Below, piece after piece: positions 20,060-29,484 of a stretch of DNA of 64,000 nt. Every line of letters begins with the position of its first letter. Position 1 is the first letter of the stretch. A program made the translations under genes and the position numbers. Under the pieces are notes generated by a model. That model was not told the origin of the DNA. It saw only the letters and a list, made by a program, of their open reading frames with translations, and made no database searches. This stretch comes from Vicingus serpentipes. Lineage in GTDB: Bacteria > Bacteroidota > Bacteroidia > Flavobacteriales_E > Vicingaceae. Location: contig JAGFIT010000074.1 of NCBI GenBank assembly GCA_024103385.1, positions 45,766 to 109,765 on the forward strand, read 5' to 3'.

Positions 20060-21484
20060 TTACCCTTTTTTTAAGAAAATGTATTTTATCCCTAAATTGA
20101 ATTCCAAAGAAAAGTTCCTAGAAGAACTAAACATGCTTGAACTGTTCGATACGTTCATTAATCCTTGCTGATAACGAATACCCGGAGTAACTAATAAAGC
20201 TTTTGTAAGGTATCTATCTTGCTCAATACCAATTACTAAACCTAAGTCTGTGTTTTTATAACAGTCATTATTACTAGACACGCCATTAACATTAGAAGTT
20301 GCAGACCTTAATTGTCCAGCATAAAAACCTCCAATCAAATTAGTAGAGTATTTTTTATTATCAAAAGTAGATTTGTTATTCATCCTTTTTGCTAAAACAC
20401 TAAGTGTAATGTAATTTAAATTCAATTCCTCCTTAAAAGAAACAGCTTCATTACTAAACGCTCGTTGATATCCTGCTGTAGAGTTAATATTTACATTTGC
20501 TTCTAAATTTAATTTGTCCGAAACAATCCATCCAAAAGTACCTCCAACACTAGATCCAAAATCTAAAAAATACTTTTGAGTGTACTTTTCAAATTCAGGA
20601 GTGTTTTTTATAGTGCTAATAATTCCTTGTTTTTTAACTGCAAAATTTAACCCTGTATAAAATCTTCGTGCATACAATCCAAAAACAAAATAAGAGGAAA
20701 AGCGCTTATTGTTAAATACTATTTTATTTTTTTCTTTTTTTACCAAAAACTCTTTCTGTTCAGCAGGTAACACAATATTTTTTTCTGACAATAAATTCTG
20801 TTGAATATTTCTTTCAATATCTCGTGTCTTATTAAAAGTAGATTCATTTAACTCTGGAGCATATAAAGTTGTTATTTTTTGAATATCACCTTTACTTGCC
20901 AGCAAATCTCCATCATTTATACCCCTGTTATTATTAGTAACTCCATAATTTTTGGAGTGCATAGTAGATGAAATTTCTCTATGTTCTTTTTTCAATAACA
21001 ACTCATCAGCATTGGTTGAATTGCTTGTTTTTTCTTGTTGATGCACATTTTTCACTACTTGAGAAGTAGAAACTCCTTCATTGGTCATCAACTGTTTAGT
21101 TTTATTCTCTACAATAGGCTGCTCTGGTTCAGCTTGTCGAAATGCCAAATAACTACCTAATAATAAAACAACAATAGCAGTGCCTTTGAAAACTAAATTT
21201 CTCCACCAAATATATTTATCATACGCATTGAGAGAAACAACTAGTTTATCCCATACTGAAGCTGTATCTAGATTGGTAGATAATTTTTCCCATACCGTAT
21301 AATCTGGTCGTTCAGCAAATTTTGCTACTTCCTTTTTATACCATTCACTAACATTTTCATCTGTAAGCGGAGCACTGGCATCCAAATCTTCAGAAAGAGA
21401 ATTCCACACTTCTTTATCTGGAGTAACATGATAGCTCTCCATTTCATTTCTATACCAATCTTCTATGTTATTAATATCTTTCAC
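20060..21484 (-). CDS. Anti-sigma-like membrane protein with duplicated N-terminal motif and beta-barrel-like C-terminal half
   Basis: Starts 2 nt after the ECF sigma gene stop. Tandem N-terminal motif (EDWYRNEMESYHVTPDKEVWNSLSEDLDAS / SEWYKKEVAKFAERPDYTVWEKLSTNLDTAS). One transmembrane (TM) segment (GTAIVVLLLGSYLAF). The C-terminal approx 200 aa has alternating strands and ends ..FNLGIKYIF. Confidence 0.6.
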   Translation of the reverse strand: MKDINNIEDWYRNEMESYHVTPDKEVWNSLSEDLDASAPLTDENVSEWYKKEVAKFAERPDYTVWEKLSTNLDTASVWDKLVVSLNAYDKYIWWRNLVFKGTAIVVLLLGSYLAFRQAEPEQPIVENKTKQLMTNEGVSTSQVVKNVHQQEKTSNSTNADELLLKKEHREISSTMHSKNYGVTNNNRGINDGDLLASKGDIQKITTLYAPELNESTFNKTRDIERNIQQNLLSEKNIVLPAEQKEFLVKKEKNKIVFNNKRFSSYFVFGLYARRFYTGLNFAVKKQGIISTIKNTPEFEKYTQKYFLDFGSSVGGTFGWIVSDKLNLEANVNINSTAGYQRAFSNEAVSFKEELNLNYITLSVLAKRMNNKSTFDNKKYSTNLIGGFYAGQLRSATSNVNGVSSNNDCYKNTDLGLVIGIEQDRYLTKALLVTPGIRYQQGLMNVSNSSSMFSSSRNFSLEFNLGIKYIFLKKG

Positions 21485-21486
21485 CC

Positions 21487-22017
21487 CTACCTGACGTAAT
21501 ATTTATTTACCAATTCTCGCAACACACTTTTTGCTTTAGATAATTGAGATTTTGATGTTCCAACGCTTATATTAAGCATATCAGCAATTTCCTGATGTTT
21601 ATAACCTTCTATGGTGTACAAATTAAAAATTGTTTTAGCTCCATTTGGAAGCATATTGATAATCTCTGACAAATCACTTGTTTTAGATATATCCACCACC
21701 TCATCATGAGTTCCCGCTAAATAAATGGATTCTTGAAAATCAACATTACTCATTCTATTGGTTTTTCTAAAATGATCTATTGCTGTGTTCACAATAATTC
21801 TTCTAATCCATGCTCCTACAGCCCACGAATCATTGTATTTATCAAATTTTTTAAAAACCTTAAAAAATCCATCATGCAATATGTCTTGTGCTAAAGCTCT
21901 ATCTTTAGTGTAGGTTAAACAAACACCAAACATCTGAGCAGAAAACATATTGTACAAGGCCTCTTGGTGCTTTCTGCTCCCTTTATAACAACCTTCTATG
22001 ATTTCTTCTAATTCCAA
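21487..22017 (-). CDS. ECF-type RNA polymerase sigma-70 family factor
   Basis: AWIRRIIVNTAIDHFRK (region 2) and YKHQEIADMLNISVGTSKSQLSKAK (region 4). Confidence 0.9.
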   Translation of the reverse strand: MELEEIIEGCYKGSRKHQEALYNMFSAQMFGVCLTYTKDRALAQDILHDGFFKVFKKFDKYNDSWAVGAWIRRIIVNTAIDHFRKTNRMSNVDFQESIYLAGTHDEVVDISKTSDLSEIINMLPNGAKTIFNLYTIEGYKHQEIADMLNISVGTSKSQLSKAKSVLRELVNKYYVR

Positions 22018-22201
22018 TTTACAAGCTTACTTGTTTAGTTACGAGTGTAATACGATAAAAGTAATCAAAAGGTTGTTTCATCAATTATTAACATCAAAAA
22101 ACATGTTTTCTTTAAAATATCGTTTTTTTATTCCAACCATAAAATGTTGAAATGTTGTGAAAAAAAAGAGGTATTCAAAATTGCTGTTTTTTGGTTCTTG
22201 C

Positions 22202-22209
22202 TAACTTTG
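22202..22209 (+). promoter_or_regulatory. Candidate Bacteroidota -7 promoter element (TAnnTTTG) for purL
   Basis: TAACTTTG lies 27 nt upstream of the purL ATG, with a TTG about 20 nt further upstream. This is a consensus match only. Confidence 0.35.
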
Positions 22210-22235
22210 CTGCTCCTTATTAATGAGTTAAGTAA

Positions 22236-25200
22236 ATGATAGTATTTTTCAAGAGTAATTCTAATAAAATTATAGCTGTTCAGTTCAATGGAAAAATGAA
22301 TGATAGTGATGTTCCAAAGCTAAATTGGCTACTAAATGGAGAACGATTAGCTGAATCTGAACTTACCGGTTTTTTTATTGGGCCACGAGCTGCTATGGTA
22401 TCCCCATGGAGTACCAATGCTGTTGAGATTACTCAAAATATGACTATTGAAAACATCATTAGAATTGAAGAGTATAAAATAGCACAATCTAGCTCGGACT
22501 TTTATGACCCCATGCTAGAAATGATGTACACCGTTTTAGATCAAAATATTTTCACCATTGATATTGCTCCAGAAAAAGTACTCTACATCGATAATATTTC
22601 CGAATACAACCAACAAGAAGGACTAGCATTAAGTGACGATGAAGTAAATTATTTAGAAAATGTAAGTGCTAGAATTAATCGAAAATTAACTGACAGTGAG
22701 GTTTTTGGTTTCTCACAAGTGAATTCTGAGCACTGCAGGCACAAAATATTTAACGGAACTTTTGTAATTGATGGTAAAGAAAAACCTTCTTCACTATTTA
22801 ATTTAATTAGAAAAACTTCTAATGAAAACCCCAACACAATTGTTTCTGCATATAAAGACAACGTGAGTTTTGTAAAAGGTCCTCGTGCGATGCAATTTGC
22901 ACCTATCTCACAAAATAAAGCTGATTTTTTTGAAACGAAGGATATTGATACGGTACTTTCCTTAAAAGCAGAGACACACAACTTCCCTACAACTGTTGAA
23001 CCTTTCAATGGTGCTGCAACTGGTGCTGGAGGAGAAATCAGAGATCGTATGGCTGGCGGACAAGGAAGTGTTCCTATGGCTGGAACAGCTGTTTACATGA
23101 CTGCTTATTCTCGATTAGAGAAAGATAGAGAATGGGAAAATGGAATGACTGAAAGAAAATGGTTGTACCAAACCCCAATGGATATCTTAATAAAAGCCTC
23201 CAATGGGGCTTCTGATTTTGGAAACAAATTTGGGCAACCTTTAATTAATGGTTCTGTTTTAACTTTTGAGCATACCGAAGCTGGAAAAAAATACGGTTAC
23301 GACAAAGTAATTATGCAAGCGGGGGGTATTGGATACGGAAAATTAAATGATGCCTTAAAACACACTCCTGAAAAAGGAGATAAAATAGTAGTAATTGGAG
23401 GTGACAACTACCGTATAGGAATGGGAGGAAGTGCTGTTTCTTCTGTAGCAACTGGAGAATACAGCAACGCTATCGAATTAAATGCCATTCAACGTTCTAA
23501 CCCCGAAATGCAAAAACGTGCAGCGAATGCTGTTCGTGCTTTTGTAGAGTCAACAAAAAATCCAATTATTTCTATTCATGATCACGGTGCTGGAGGACAT
23601 TTAAATTGTCTTTCTGAATTGGTAGAAGAAGTTGGCGGAACTATCAATTTAAGAAAGTTACCTGTTGGTGACCCTACCCTATCTGCTAAAGAAATTGTGG
23701 GGAACGAATCTCAAGAAAGAATGGGATTAGTTATCAAAGCAGAAGACATTCCTCTTTTAGAAGAAATATGTAAAAGAGAACGTGCTCCTATGTATGTTGT
23801 TGGAGATATTACTGGCGACCACCACTTTAAATTTGAAGATAAAGAAACTGGAGAAAACCCGATAGATCTTAAAATTGAAGATATGTTTGGGAAACCTCCT
23901 AAAACTATCATTACTGACAAAACAATTAACACAAAGTTTACCCCTATTAATTACGATAATACTCAAATTGAAAACTACTTGAAACAAGTGTTACAATTAG
24001 AGGCTGTGGCTTGTAAAGATTGGTTAACCAACAAAGTCGATCGTTCTGTAACAGGAAAAATAGCCAAACAACAAACTGCTGGAGAAATTCAATTGCCTCT
24101 GAACAACTTAGGTGTAGTTGCCCTAGATTTTAAAGGGAAAAGTGGTATTGCAACTGCTCTTGGACATGCTCCTGTTACTGCTCTTATCGACCCTAAGAAC
24201 GGTAGTAAAATGGCCATTGCAGAAGCATTGACCAACATTATCTGGGCTCCTTTTAAAGATGGGGTAAAATCTATTTCCTTAAGCGCCAATTGGATGTGGC
24301 CATGTAAAAATGAAGGAGAAGATGCTCGTTTATATGAAGCTGTAGAAGCTGTGAGTGATTTTGCTTGTGATTTAGGAATTAATATTCCTACTGGGAAGGA
24401 TTCTCTTTCTATGGTTCAAAAATATAAAGACGATGCTGTTTATGCTCCTGGAACAGTGATCATTTCAGCCTCTGGAGAAGTAACGGATGTAAAAAAAGTA
24501 ATAGAGCCTGTTTTAGTAAATGACGAAAGCACTTCTCTTATTTTGGTTGATTTTTCCAAAGGTAAGTTCGAATTAGGAGGATCTTCTTTTGCCCAAATAC
24601 TGAATAAATTAGGAGAAGCTACTCCAACAGTTACAGACAATATTTATTTTGCAACTGCTTTTAATACAGTACAAAAATTAATTACTCAAGGAAATATATT
24701 GGCTGGTCATGATATTTCTGCAGGTGGTTTAATTACTACTCTTTTAGAAATGAATTTTGCCAACCAACAAGGAGGTATGTGCATTAACTTTTCTTCATTA
24801 GAAGAAAAAGATTTAACCAAAATACTATTTAGTGAAATTGCCGCAATAGTGATTCAAGTGAAAGATAGTGGACAAGTAGTTTCTGAATTAGGTAAAAATG
24901 GAATTCATGCACACATTATCGGGACTCCGTGTTCCGACAGAAATATCAATATCAAACACAATGGAGCAGAGTTAACTTTTGATATTGATGAAATGAGAGA
25001 CGTTTGGTATAAAACTTCTTACTTGTTAGATAAAAAACAGTCTACCGAAAAGCTAGCTAAAGCTCGATATGAAAATTACAAGAAAAATAACTTAACCTAT
25101 ACTTTTCCTTCAACTTTTAATGGAAAATTATCGAGTTATGGAGTGGAGCATGGGCGAAAAAGTAGCGGTGGAATAAAAGCTGCCATTATTCGTGAAAAAG

Positions 25201-25937
25201 GAGTTAATGGAGATAGAGAAATGGCTTACTCATTATTCTTAGCAGGGTTTGATGTAAAAGATGTACACATGACAGACCTTGTCGCTGGGAAAGAAGATTT
25301 AAGCGATGTAAATATGATTGTGTATGTCGGTGGTTTCTCTAACTCTGATGTTCTAGGTTCTGCTAAAGGATGGGCTGGCGCTTTCTTATACAACCCAAAA
25401 GCCAAAGAGGCTTTAGATAATTTTTATGCAAGACCTGATACATTAAGCTTAGGGGTTTGTAATGGTTGTCAATTAATGATGGAGCTGGGATTAATTGAAT
25501 CAAAAGGAGCTACTCAACCAATGGCTCACAACACCTCAGGTAAATTTGAATCTACTTATTTGAATGTAACCATTCCAGAAAACAATTCTGTGATGTTAAA
25601 TACATTGGTAGGAAGTCAACTAGGAATTTGGGTAGCTCATGGTGAAGGGCGTTTCCTATTTGAAGGACCTGAAGAGGATTACAACATTGCTTTGAAATAC
25701 CGTGGAAGTAACTATCCTGCCAACCCCAATGGTTCGGAATACAATACTGCAGGAATTTGTTCCAATGACGGTCGTCATTTAGCCATGATGCCTCACTTAG
25801 AGAGAATCATCTTCCCATGGCAAGCAGCACATTATCCTTCAGACAAAAAACAAGATGAAGTCACCCCTTGGTTTGAAGCTTTTGTAAATGCGAGAAAATG
25901 GATTTCCTCCTCTAACCCCTCCAAAGGAGGGGAGTAA
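22236..25937 (+). CDS. purL: Phosphoribosylformylglycinamidine synthase (single-chain large PurL)
   Basis: 1233 aa. SEHCRHKIF, ETHNFPTTVEPFNGAATGAGGEIRD, and a C-terminal glutaminase domain (LGVCNGCQLM, HGEGRF). Confidence 0.95.
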   Translation: MIVFFKSNSNKIIAVQFNGKMNDSDVPKLNWLLNGERLAESELTGFFIGPRAAMVSPWSTNAVEITQNMTIENIIRIEEYKIAQSSSDFYDPMLEMMYTVLDQNIFTIDIAPEKVLYIDNISEYNQQEGLALSDDEVNYLENVSARINRKLTDSEVFGFSQVNSEHCRHKIFNGTFVIDGKEKPSSLFNLIRKTSNENPNTIVSAYKDNVSFVKGPRAMQFAPISQNKADFFETKDIDTVLSLKAETHNFPTTVEPFNGAATGAGGEIRDRMAGGQGSVPMAGTAVYMTAYSRLEKDREWENGMTERKWLYQTPMDILIKASNGASDFGNKFGQPLINGSVLTFEHTEAGKKYGYDKVIMQAGGIGYGKLNDALKHTPEKGDKIVVIGGDNYRIGMGGSAVSSVATGEYSNAIELNAIQRSNPEMQKRAANAVRAFVESTKNPIISIHDHGAGGHLNCLSELVEEVGGTINLRKLPVGDPTLSAKEIVGNESQERMGLVIKAEDIPLLEEICKRERAPMYVVGDITGDHHFKFEDKETGENPIDLKIEDMFGKPPKTIITDKTINTKFTPINYDNTQIENYLKQVLQLEAVACKDWLTNKVDRSVTGKIAKQQTAGEIQLPLNNLGVVALDFKGKSGIATALGHAPVTALIDPKNGSKMAIAEALTNIIWAPFKDGVKSISLSANWMWPCKNEGEDARLYEAVEAVSDFACDLGINIPTGKDSLSMVQKYKDDAVYAPGTVIISASGEVTDVKKVIEPVLVNDESTSLILVDFSKGKFELGGSSFAQILNKLGEATPTVTDNIYFATAFNTVQKLITQGNILAGHDISAGGLITTLLEMNFANQQGGMCINFSSLEEKDLTKILFSEIAAIVIQVKDSGQVVSELGKNGIHAHIIGTPCSDRNINIKHNGAELTFDIDEMRDVWYKTSYLLDKKQSTEKLAKARYENYKKNNLTYTFPSTFNGKLSSYGVEHGRKSSGGIKAAIIREKGVNGDREMAYSLFLAGFDVKDVHMTDLVAGKEDLSDVNMIVYVGGFSNSDVLGSAKGWAGAFLYNPKAKEALDNFYARPDTLSLGVCNGCQLMMELGLIESKGATQPMAHNTSGKFESTYLNVTIPENNSVMLNTLVGSQLGIWVAHGEGRFLFEGPEEDYNIALKYRGSNYPANPNGSEYNTAGICSNDGRHLAMMPHLERIIFPWQAAHYPSDKKQDEVTPWFEAFVNARKWISSSNPSKGGE

Positions 25938-26120
25938 TAATCCCTCCTTGAGGAGGGTGTCAAGTTCACTTGACGGGAGGTGTCATTCTGAACAAAGTTA
26001 TGTCGGAAATAAATTTCCGAAACAGAACGAAGTGAAGAATCTATTTATTTAGATTCTTCATTTTGTTTTATATCTCTGCTAAAGCAGCAATAAAACTACA
26101 TTCAGAATGACAAAGTTCAT
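25916..26120. repeat. Nested palindromic intergenic repeat element (REP/MITE-like), complete copy
   Basis: Consecutive hairpins: cccctcc-aaa-ggagggg (25916..25932), ccctcc-ttga-ggaggg (25942..25957), tcaagt-tc-acttga (25960..25973). Then an outer inverted pair, gtcattctgaa (25982..25992) / ttcagaatgac (26101..26111). That pair encloses tcggaaat-aa-atttccga (26003..26020) and gaagaatcta-tttatt-tagattcttc (26034..26059). Confidence 0.8.
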
Positions 26121-26166
26121 ATTTAACTGGTTTCCACTAACGTTTGTCAGGAATGAATTTTGATCC

Positions 26167-27345
26167 TTATTCTATTTTATCAAAATACTCGTTCAATTTT
26201 TCATTCATAACTATAACTGTGGCATCAAATGTCCAATTTTGAAATGGTAAGATTGGTGCTAAAAATAATGCTTGCTCAGGATGCTGTTTCATTGATTTAA
26301 AACTGGTTCTCACATAGTAAGGAAAAGGTCTTTTTAATTGAACAAATTCATCATTTTTTATAATTAATGCTTGAAACCCGGAAGTTGATGGAGCCTCAAT
26401 GCTACCAAATTCTGCAATAAATATTGCTCTGTTGGTGTCCACTTTTATTGAACCATCTATCATTAAACTATCATTAAGAAATATGTTACTTAATTTTTTA
26501 GCTCTAACATTATTAGAATGATTGCTATGAAAAAAAACAACATCACAGAAGTTGAAGTAATGCTTAAAAGCTGAAATTATTTGTTTATTCTCTAAGTCTT
26601 GTTCTGCTTTAACTTTGAGTGCTTTTTCAATATTTCCAACTTTTTTTAATGCATTTATCTTGTTATTTGACGTTTTTAACCTCACTAACAATGTGCCTTG
26701 TTTAAGTTCTTCTATTTGTTCTTCCGACTCTCTTCTTACTATCTTTCTATAGCTTTCTTTTTTAGGTGCTTTCTTGCCTAATAAAGAAGGGGACTCTAAT
26801 TGAATCTTAGCTTCATGATTTGCATCTCTACTCTCTTTATTCACTAATCTATAATTAGGAACATTAGCATTACCATTTATCCCAATATGTCTCGAAACAC
26901 CTCTAGAAACGCGCTTCTTAACAGTCCCTATGTTATCAACTGGCTCCTTTTCATCATCATCACTTTTTAAACTTGTCGTTTTATCTTGATTTTCTATCAT
27001 CTCCCCCCCTTTATTTACATTAACAACACCTACAAGCGCTGCCTTTTCTTTTGGAAGAAAAACATTCTCTTTTTTTGGAATTGGGTTTGTTTCTAGGATT
27101 GTTTCTTGTTCAATATTTGATGGATTAACCTTTTCTAAAATCTCATTATTGTTAAAATTAAAAATGTAGTATCCAAAGGGCAGTAGTCCCACAGAAAGAA
27201 AAACTAAAAAGAAAATACCTCTCCTTTTTTTCTTTCTTTCATCAAGTTTTTGCTCCAGATCAGCGATAAAACTATCCTTAATTTCAAACTCTCTGTGTTC
27301 TAGCTTTTCTTTGAAAAAACTATCTATATTATTCCTTGGTTTCAA
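26167..27345 (-). CDS. Anti-sigma-like single-pass membrane protein (unknown C-terminal domain)
   Basis: Abuts the ECF sigma gene stop directly. Short hydrophilic N-terminus, a basic stretch KKKRRG, then a TM segment IFFLVFLSVGLLPFGYYIF. The C-terminal approx 200 aa has no recognisable motif. Confidence 0.55.
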   Translation of the reverse strand: MKPRNNIDSFFKEKLEHREFEIKDSFIADLEQKLDERKKKRRGIFFLVFLSVGLLPFGYYIFNFNNNEILEKVNPSNIEQETILETNPIPKKENVFLPKEKAALVGVVNVNKGGEMIENQDKTTSLKSDDDEKEPVDNIGTVKKRVSRGVSRHIGINGNANVPNYRLVNKESRDANHEAKIQLESPSLLGKKAPKKESYRKIVRRESEEQIEELKQGTLLVRLKTSNNKINALKKVGNIEKALKVKAEQDLENKQIISAFKHYFNFCDVVFFHSNHSNNVRAKKLSNIFLNDSLMIDGSIKVDTNRAIFIAEFGSIEAPSTSGFQALIIKNDEFVQLKRPFPYYVRTSFKSMKQHPEQALFLAPILPFQNWTFDATVIVMNEKLNEYFDKIE

Positions 27346-27885
27346 TTAAACTAATTTTTTTGATAAAACTATTTTTAATCTTTTTCTTGCTTCTTTCATG
27401 TGCCATTTTGATGTTTCTAAAGAGATTTTTAACTCAGCACAAATCTCTTTATGCGAGTAATCATCTATAGCAAACAGACAAAACACTGTTCTTGTTGCGG
27501 GAGGTAATTTTAATAAATAACTATTCACCACTTCCTCCTCCATGCTCCTGTCAATATCATTTAAAGAAATGTCTTCATCACTATCATATTCATCAACCGA
27601 ATCAAATAGCTCCACTCTTTTTTTATTCTTTCTAAAATCATCAATAACTTCGTTAAGAGTTATTCTTCTTATCCAAGCCTCAAACGGTACTTTTTTATCA
27701 TATTTATTAAGGTTTGTAAGAATTTTTAAAAAGGAATTGTTTGCTAAAGAAACGGCATCTTCTTCGTTATTTTTATATCTATTTGTTACGCTCATCAATG
27801 TATTAAAACAAATCCTGTAAAGCTCTAACTGTGCTTTACGGTCTTCTTTTATAACCTTCTTTATTAAGTGTTCTTTAATTTCCAA
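27346..27885 (-). CDS. ECF-type RNA polymerase sigma-70 family factor
   Basis: AWIRRITLNEVIDDFRK (region 2) and YSHKEICAELKISLETSKWHMKEAR (region 4). Confidence 0.88.
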   Translation of the reverse strand: MEIKEHLIKKVIKEDRKAQLELYRICFNTLMSVTNRYKNNEEDAVSLANNSFLKILTNLNKYDKKVPFEAWIRRITLNEVIDDFRKNKKRVELFDSVDEYDSDEDISLNDIDRSMEEEVVNSYLLKLPPATRTVFCLFAIDDYSHKEICAELKISLETSKWHMKEARKRLKIVLSKKLV

Positions 27886-28177
27886 CAGTAACGATAAATA
27901 AACATTAAAAAAAGATACCCATTTTCAAATGTACCGTGATTTTTTGGTAAAACTATCCAATAAAACTCTCTTATTAAACAACATTTTAATGACTATCATT
28001 TTTTTAATTCATAATGAGTTTTCAGTTTTTTATGCTTAATTGTTTGTTTCAATTAAATACACGTAAAAAATATAGTTTAAGGGGGGGGACGATTTAATTC
28101 GTAATGTAGCAAAGTGGAAGTAAGGGATTCAGGTTTTATTCTTTTATAACGCAATGAAACCAAAAACTGCAAAAAAT

Positions 28178-28333
28178 AGATTCTTCATTTTGTTTTACTC
28201 TCTTGCTAAAGCAGCAATAAAACTACATTCAGAATGACAAAGTATTGTCCTTTTTCGTCATTACGATTCCGATGAGGAATGAATATCGGAAAAAGCAATC
28301 CCATCAATAAGATTGCTTCGTTCCTCGCAATGA
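28178..28333. repeat. Second (partial) copy of the palindromic repeat element plus an additional composite hairpin module
   Basis: 28178..28243 matches 26051..26116 at about 62 of 66 positions in the same orientation (agattcttcattttgtttta..gctaaagcagcaataaaactacattcagaatgacaaagt). It is followed by the outer stem tcattacga / tcgcaatga (28258..28266 and 28325..28333, one mismatch). That stem encloses ttccgat..atcggaa and gcaatc..gattgc. Confidence 0.8.
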
Positions 28334-28689
28334 TTTCATCAATGATAAATTAGTGCTAATTTAACCTTCTTAGCGATTTGTTAATTCAAAACATGTTGAA
28401 GGTTAATAGAACCCTAACGCTGTTTTTACCCCTTCATAATAAGTAGTTTTTATTTTTGATTAAGAAAATTAATTAAGATGAAAAAAGATTATCAAAAAAC
28501 ATTCAGCTATGGTTATCAGTACAACGCTACTAATTCTTTGTATAAAGAGATTGAGCAAATCAGAAGAATTCAAGAGCAAAATCAAAAAGAAACTAAAATT
28601 CAAAAAATCAGCAACTTTTTCACCCGAGTAAGTGAATTCAAAAGAAATTCAAATTCGCACATTTACCCTGAATCGGAATTTTTAGGTAT

Positions 28690-29484
28690 TTAAAATTGAG
28701 TAAAAAAAGTTTCAGAAATAGAATCCAATACTTCAATTTCTGAAATCTGTCTTTTTCCTCTTCCGCCAGACAATAGAATATTTCCATACTGCTGGTAATC
28801 ATCCCAAGGGTTAATAAAGCGAGGGATACTGTCCTCGTAATTTGCAAAATAAGCCCATTGATTCACCAACATTTCGGTGGTATCTACATACACCCAATAT
28901 TTATTATCAGGCGTATCTCCAATTTCATTAAAGGTTAATTGCAATACATGGCTGTATGCACCATTCTCAGTAGTATCCACTTTTAAATACTTTAATGTCG
29001 TTTTTGAGTCTTTTAACTTAAAAGGCATAAATAACCAATACGCATCGTTAATCCATATACTCTCCGCAAGCTTCGTATACTTCTTCACTGAATCTGGTTC
29101 CAGCATTTCTTCACCATCTAATCTCACTTTTCCAGTATGCGTAAAAACATTGGTAATTAAAACATTACTATCGGTATCACCAAACTGAATACGGACATCT
29201 CCGCTGTGCTTATTCCAAGCCAGCTTTCTATACCCAAAAAAATTCCACTTAATTATCTTGGTATCGTCCCACGCTTTTCTTCCTCCCATCTTTTCCATTA
29301 CCATATCTGCAATCTCTATGGCTTTTAGGTCAGAATTTAAAGTATCAAAGTCAGGTGCTGCAGGGTTTACATCTTGCTCCTCAACAACAGCTCCCTGCTG
29401 ATTAGAAACACCAGAAGAACATTGAGAAAAAATTATTCCTAGTAATAGTATAGCTAAAAAATAGGGTATCCTTTTAATTATCAT
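28690..29484 (-). CDS. Hypothetical lipoprotein (co-transcribed with M1 peptidase)
   Basis: Lipobox ..GIIFSQCSS. Its start overlaps the stop of the upstream M1 peptidase gene by 4 nt. Confidence 0.6.
   Translation of the reverse strand: MIIKRIPYFLAILLLGIIFSQCSSGVSNQQGAVVEEQDVNPAAPDFDTLNSDLKAIEIADMVMEKMGGRKAWDDTKIIKWNFFGYRKLAWNKHSGDVRIQFGDTDSNVLITNVFTHTGKVRLDGEEMLEPDSVKKYTKLAESIWINDAYWLFMPFKLKDSKTTLKYLKVDTTENGAYSHVLQLTFNEIGDTPDNKYWVYVDTTEMLVNQWAYFANYEDSIPRFINPWDDYQQYGNILLSGGRGKRQISEIEVLDSISETFFTQF

Noticed and set aside
22141-22160. Tandem 8-mer aaatgttg aaatgttg upstream of purL as a purine-responsive operator.
   Set aside because: There are only two short AT-rich copies, and I can cite no known Bacteroidota purine regulator motif. 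This is likely chance.
22649-23008. Antisense ORFs inside long genes. Examples: 22649..23008, 23711..23987, 24089..24289 and 24440..24640 in purL; 29626..31542 plus-strand ORFs in the M1 peptidase; 51128..51532 in the PP2C gene; 61266..63441 plus-strand ORFs in the RHS gene; 223..471 and 905..1102 in the porU-like gene.
   Set aside because: These are shadow ORFs on the opposite strand of, or out of frame with, well-supported genes. Their composition is low-complexity and hydrophobic, as is typical of AT-rich antisense frames.
28081-28243. A G-run followed by ..tactctcttgctaaagcagcaataa.. superficially recalls a tmRNA 5' end and the Bacteroidota tag-coding segment (..tacgctcttgctgcttaa).
   Set aside because: There is no tRNA-like 3' domain (no GGTTCAAnTCC T-arm or CCA-proximal acceptor) anywhere downstream. 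The same segment is repeated at 26051..26116, so it is part of a repeat element rather than ssrA.
28478-28693. 71-aa plus-strand ORF (MKKDYQKTFSYGYQYN..).
   Set aside because: It has an ATG start and may be real. However, it has no motif, has a Q/E/K-biased low-complexity composition, sits in a repeat-rich spacer, and overlaps the 3' end of the convergent lipoprotein gene. Support is insufficient to call it.
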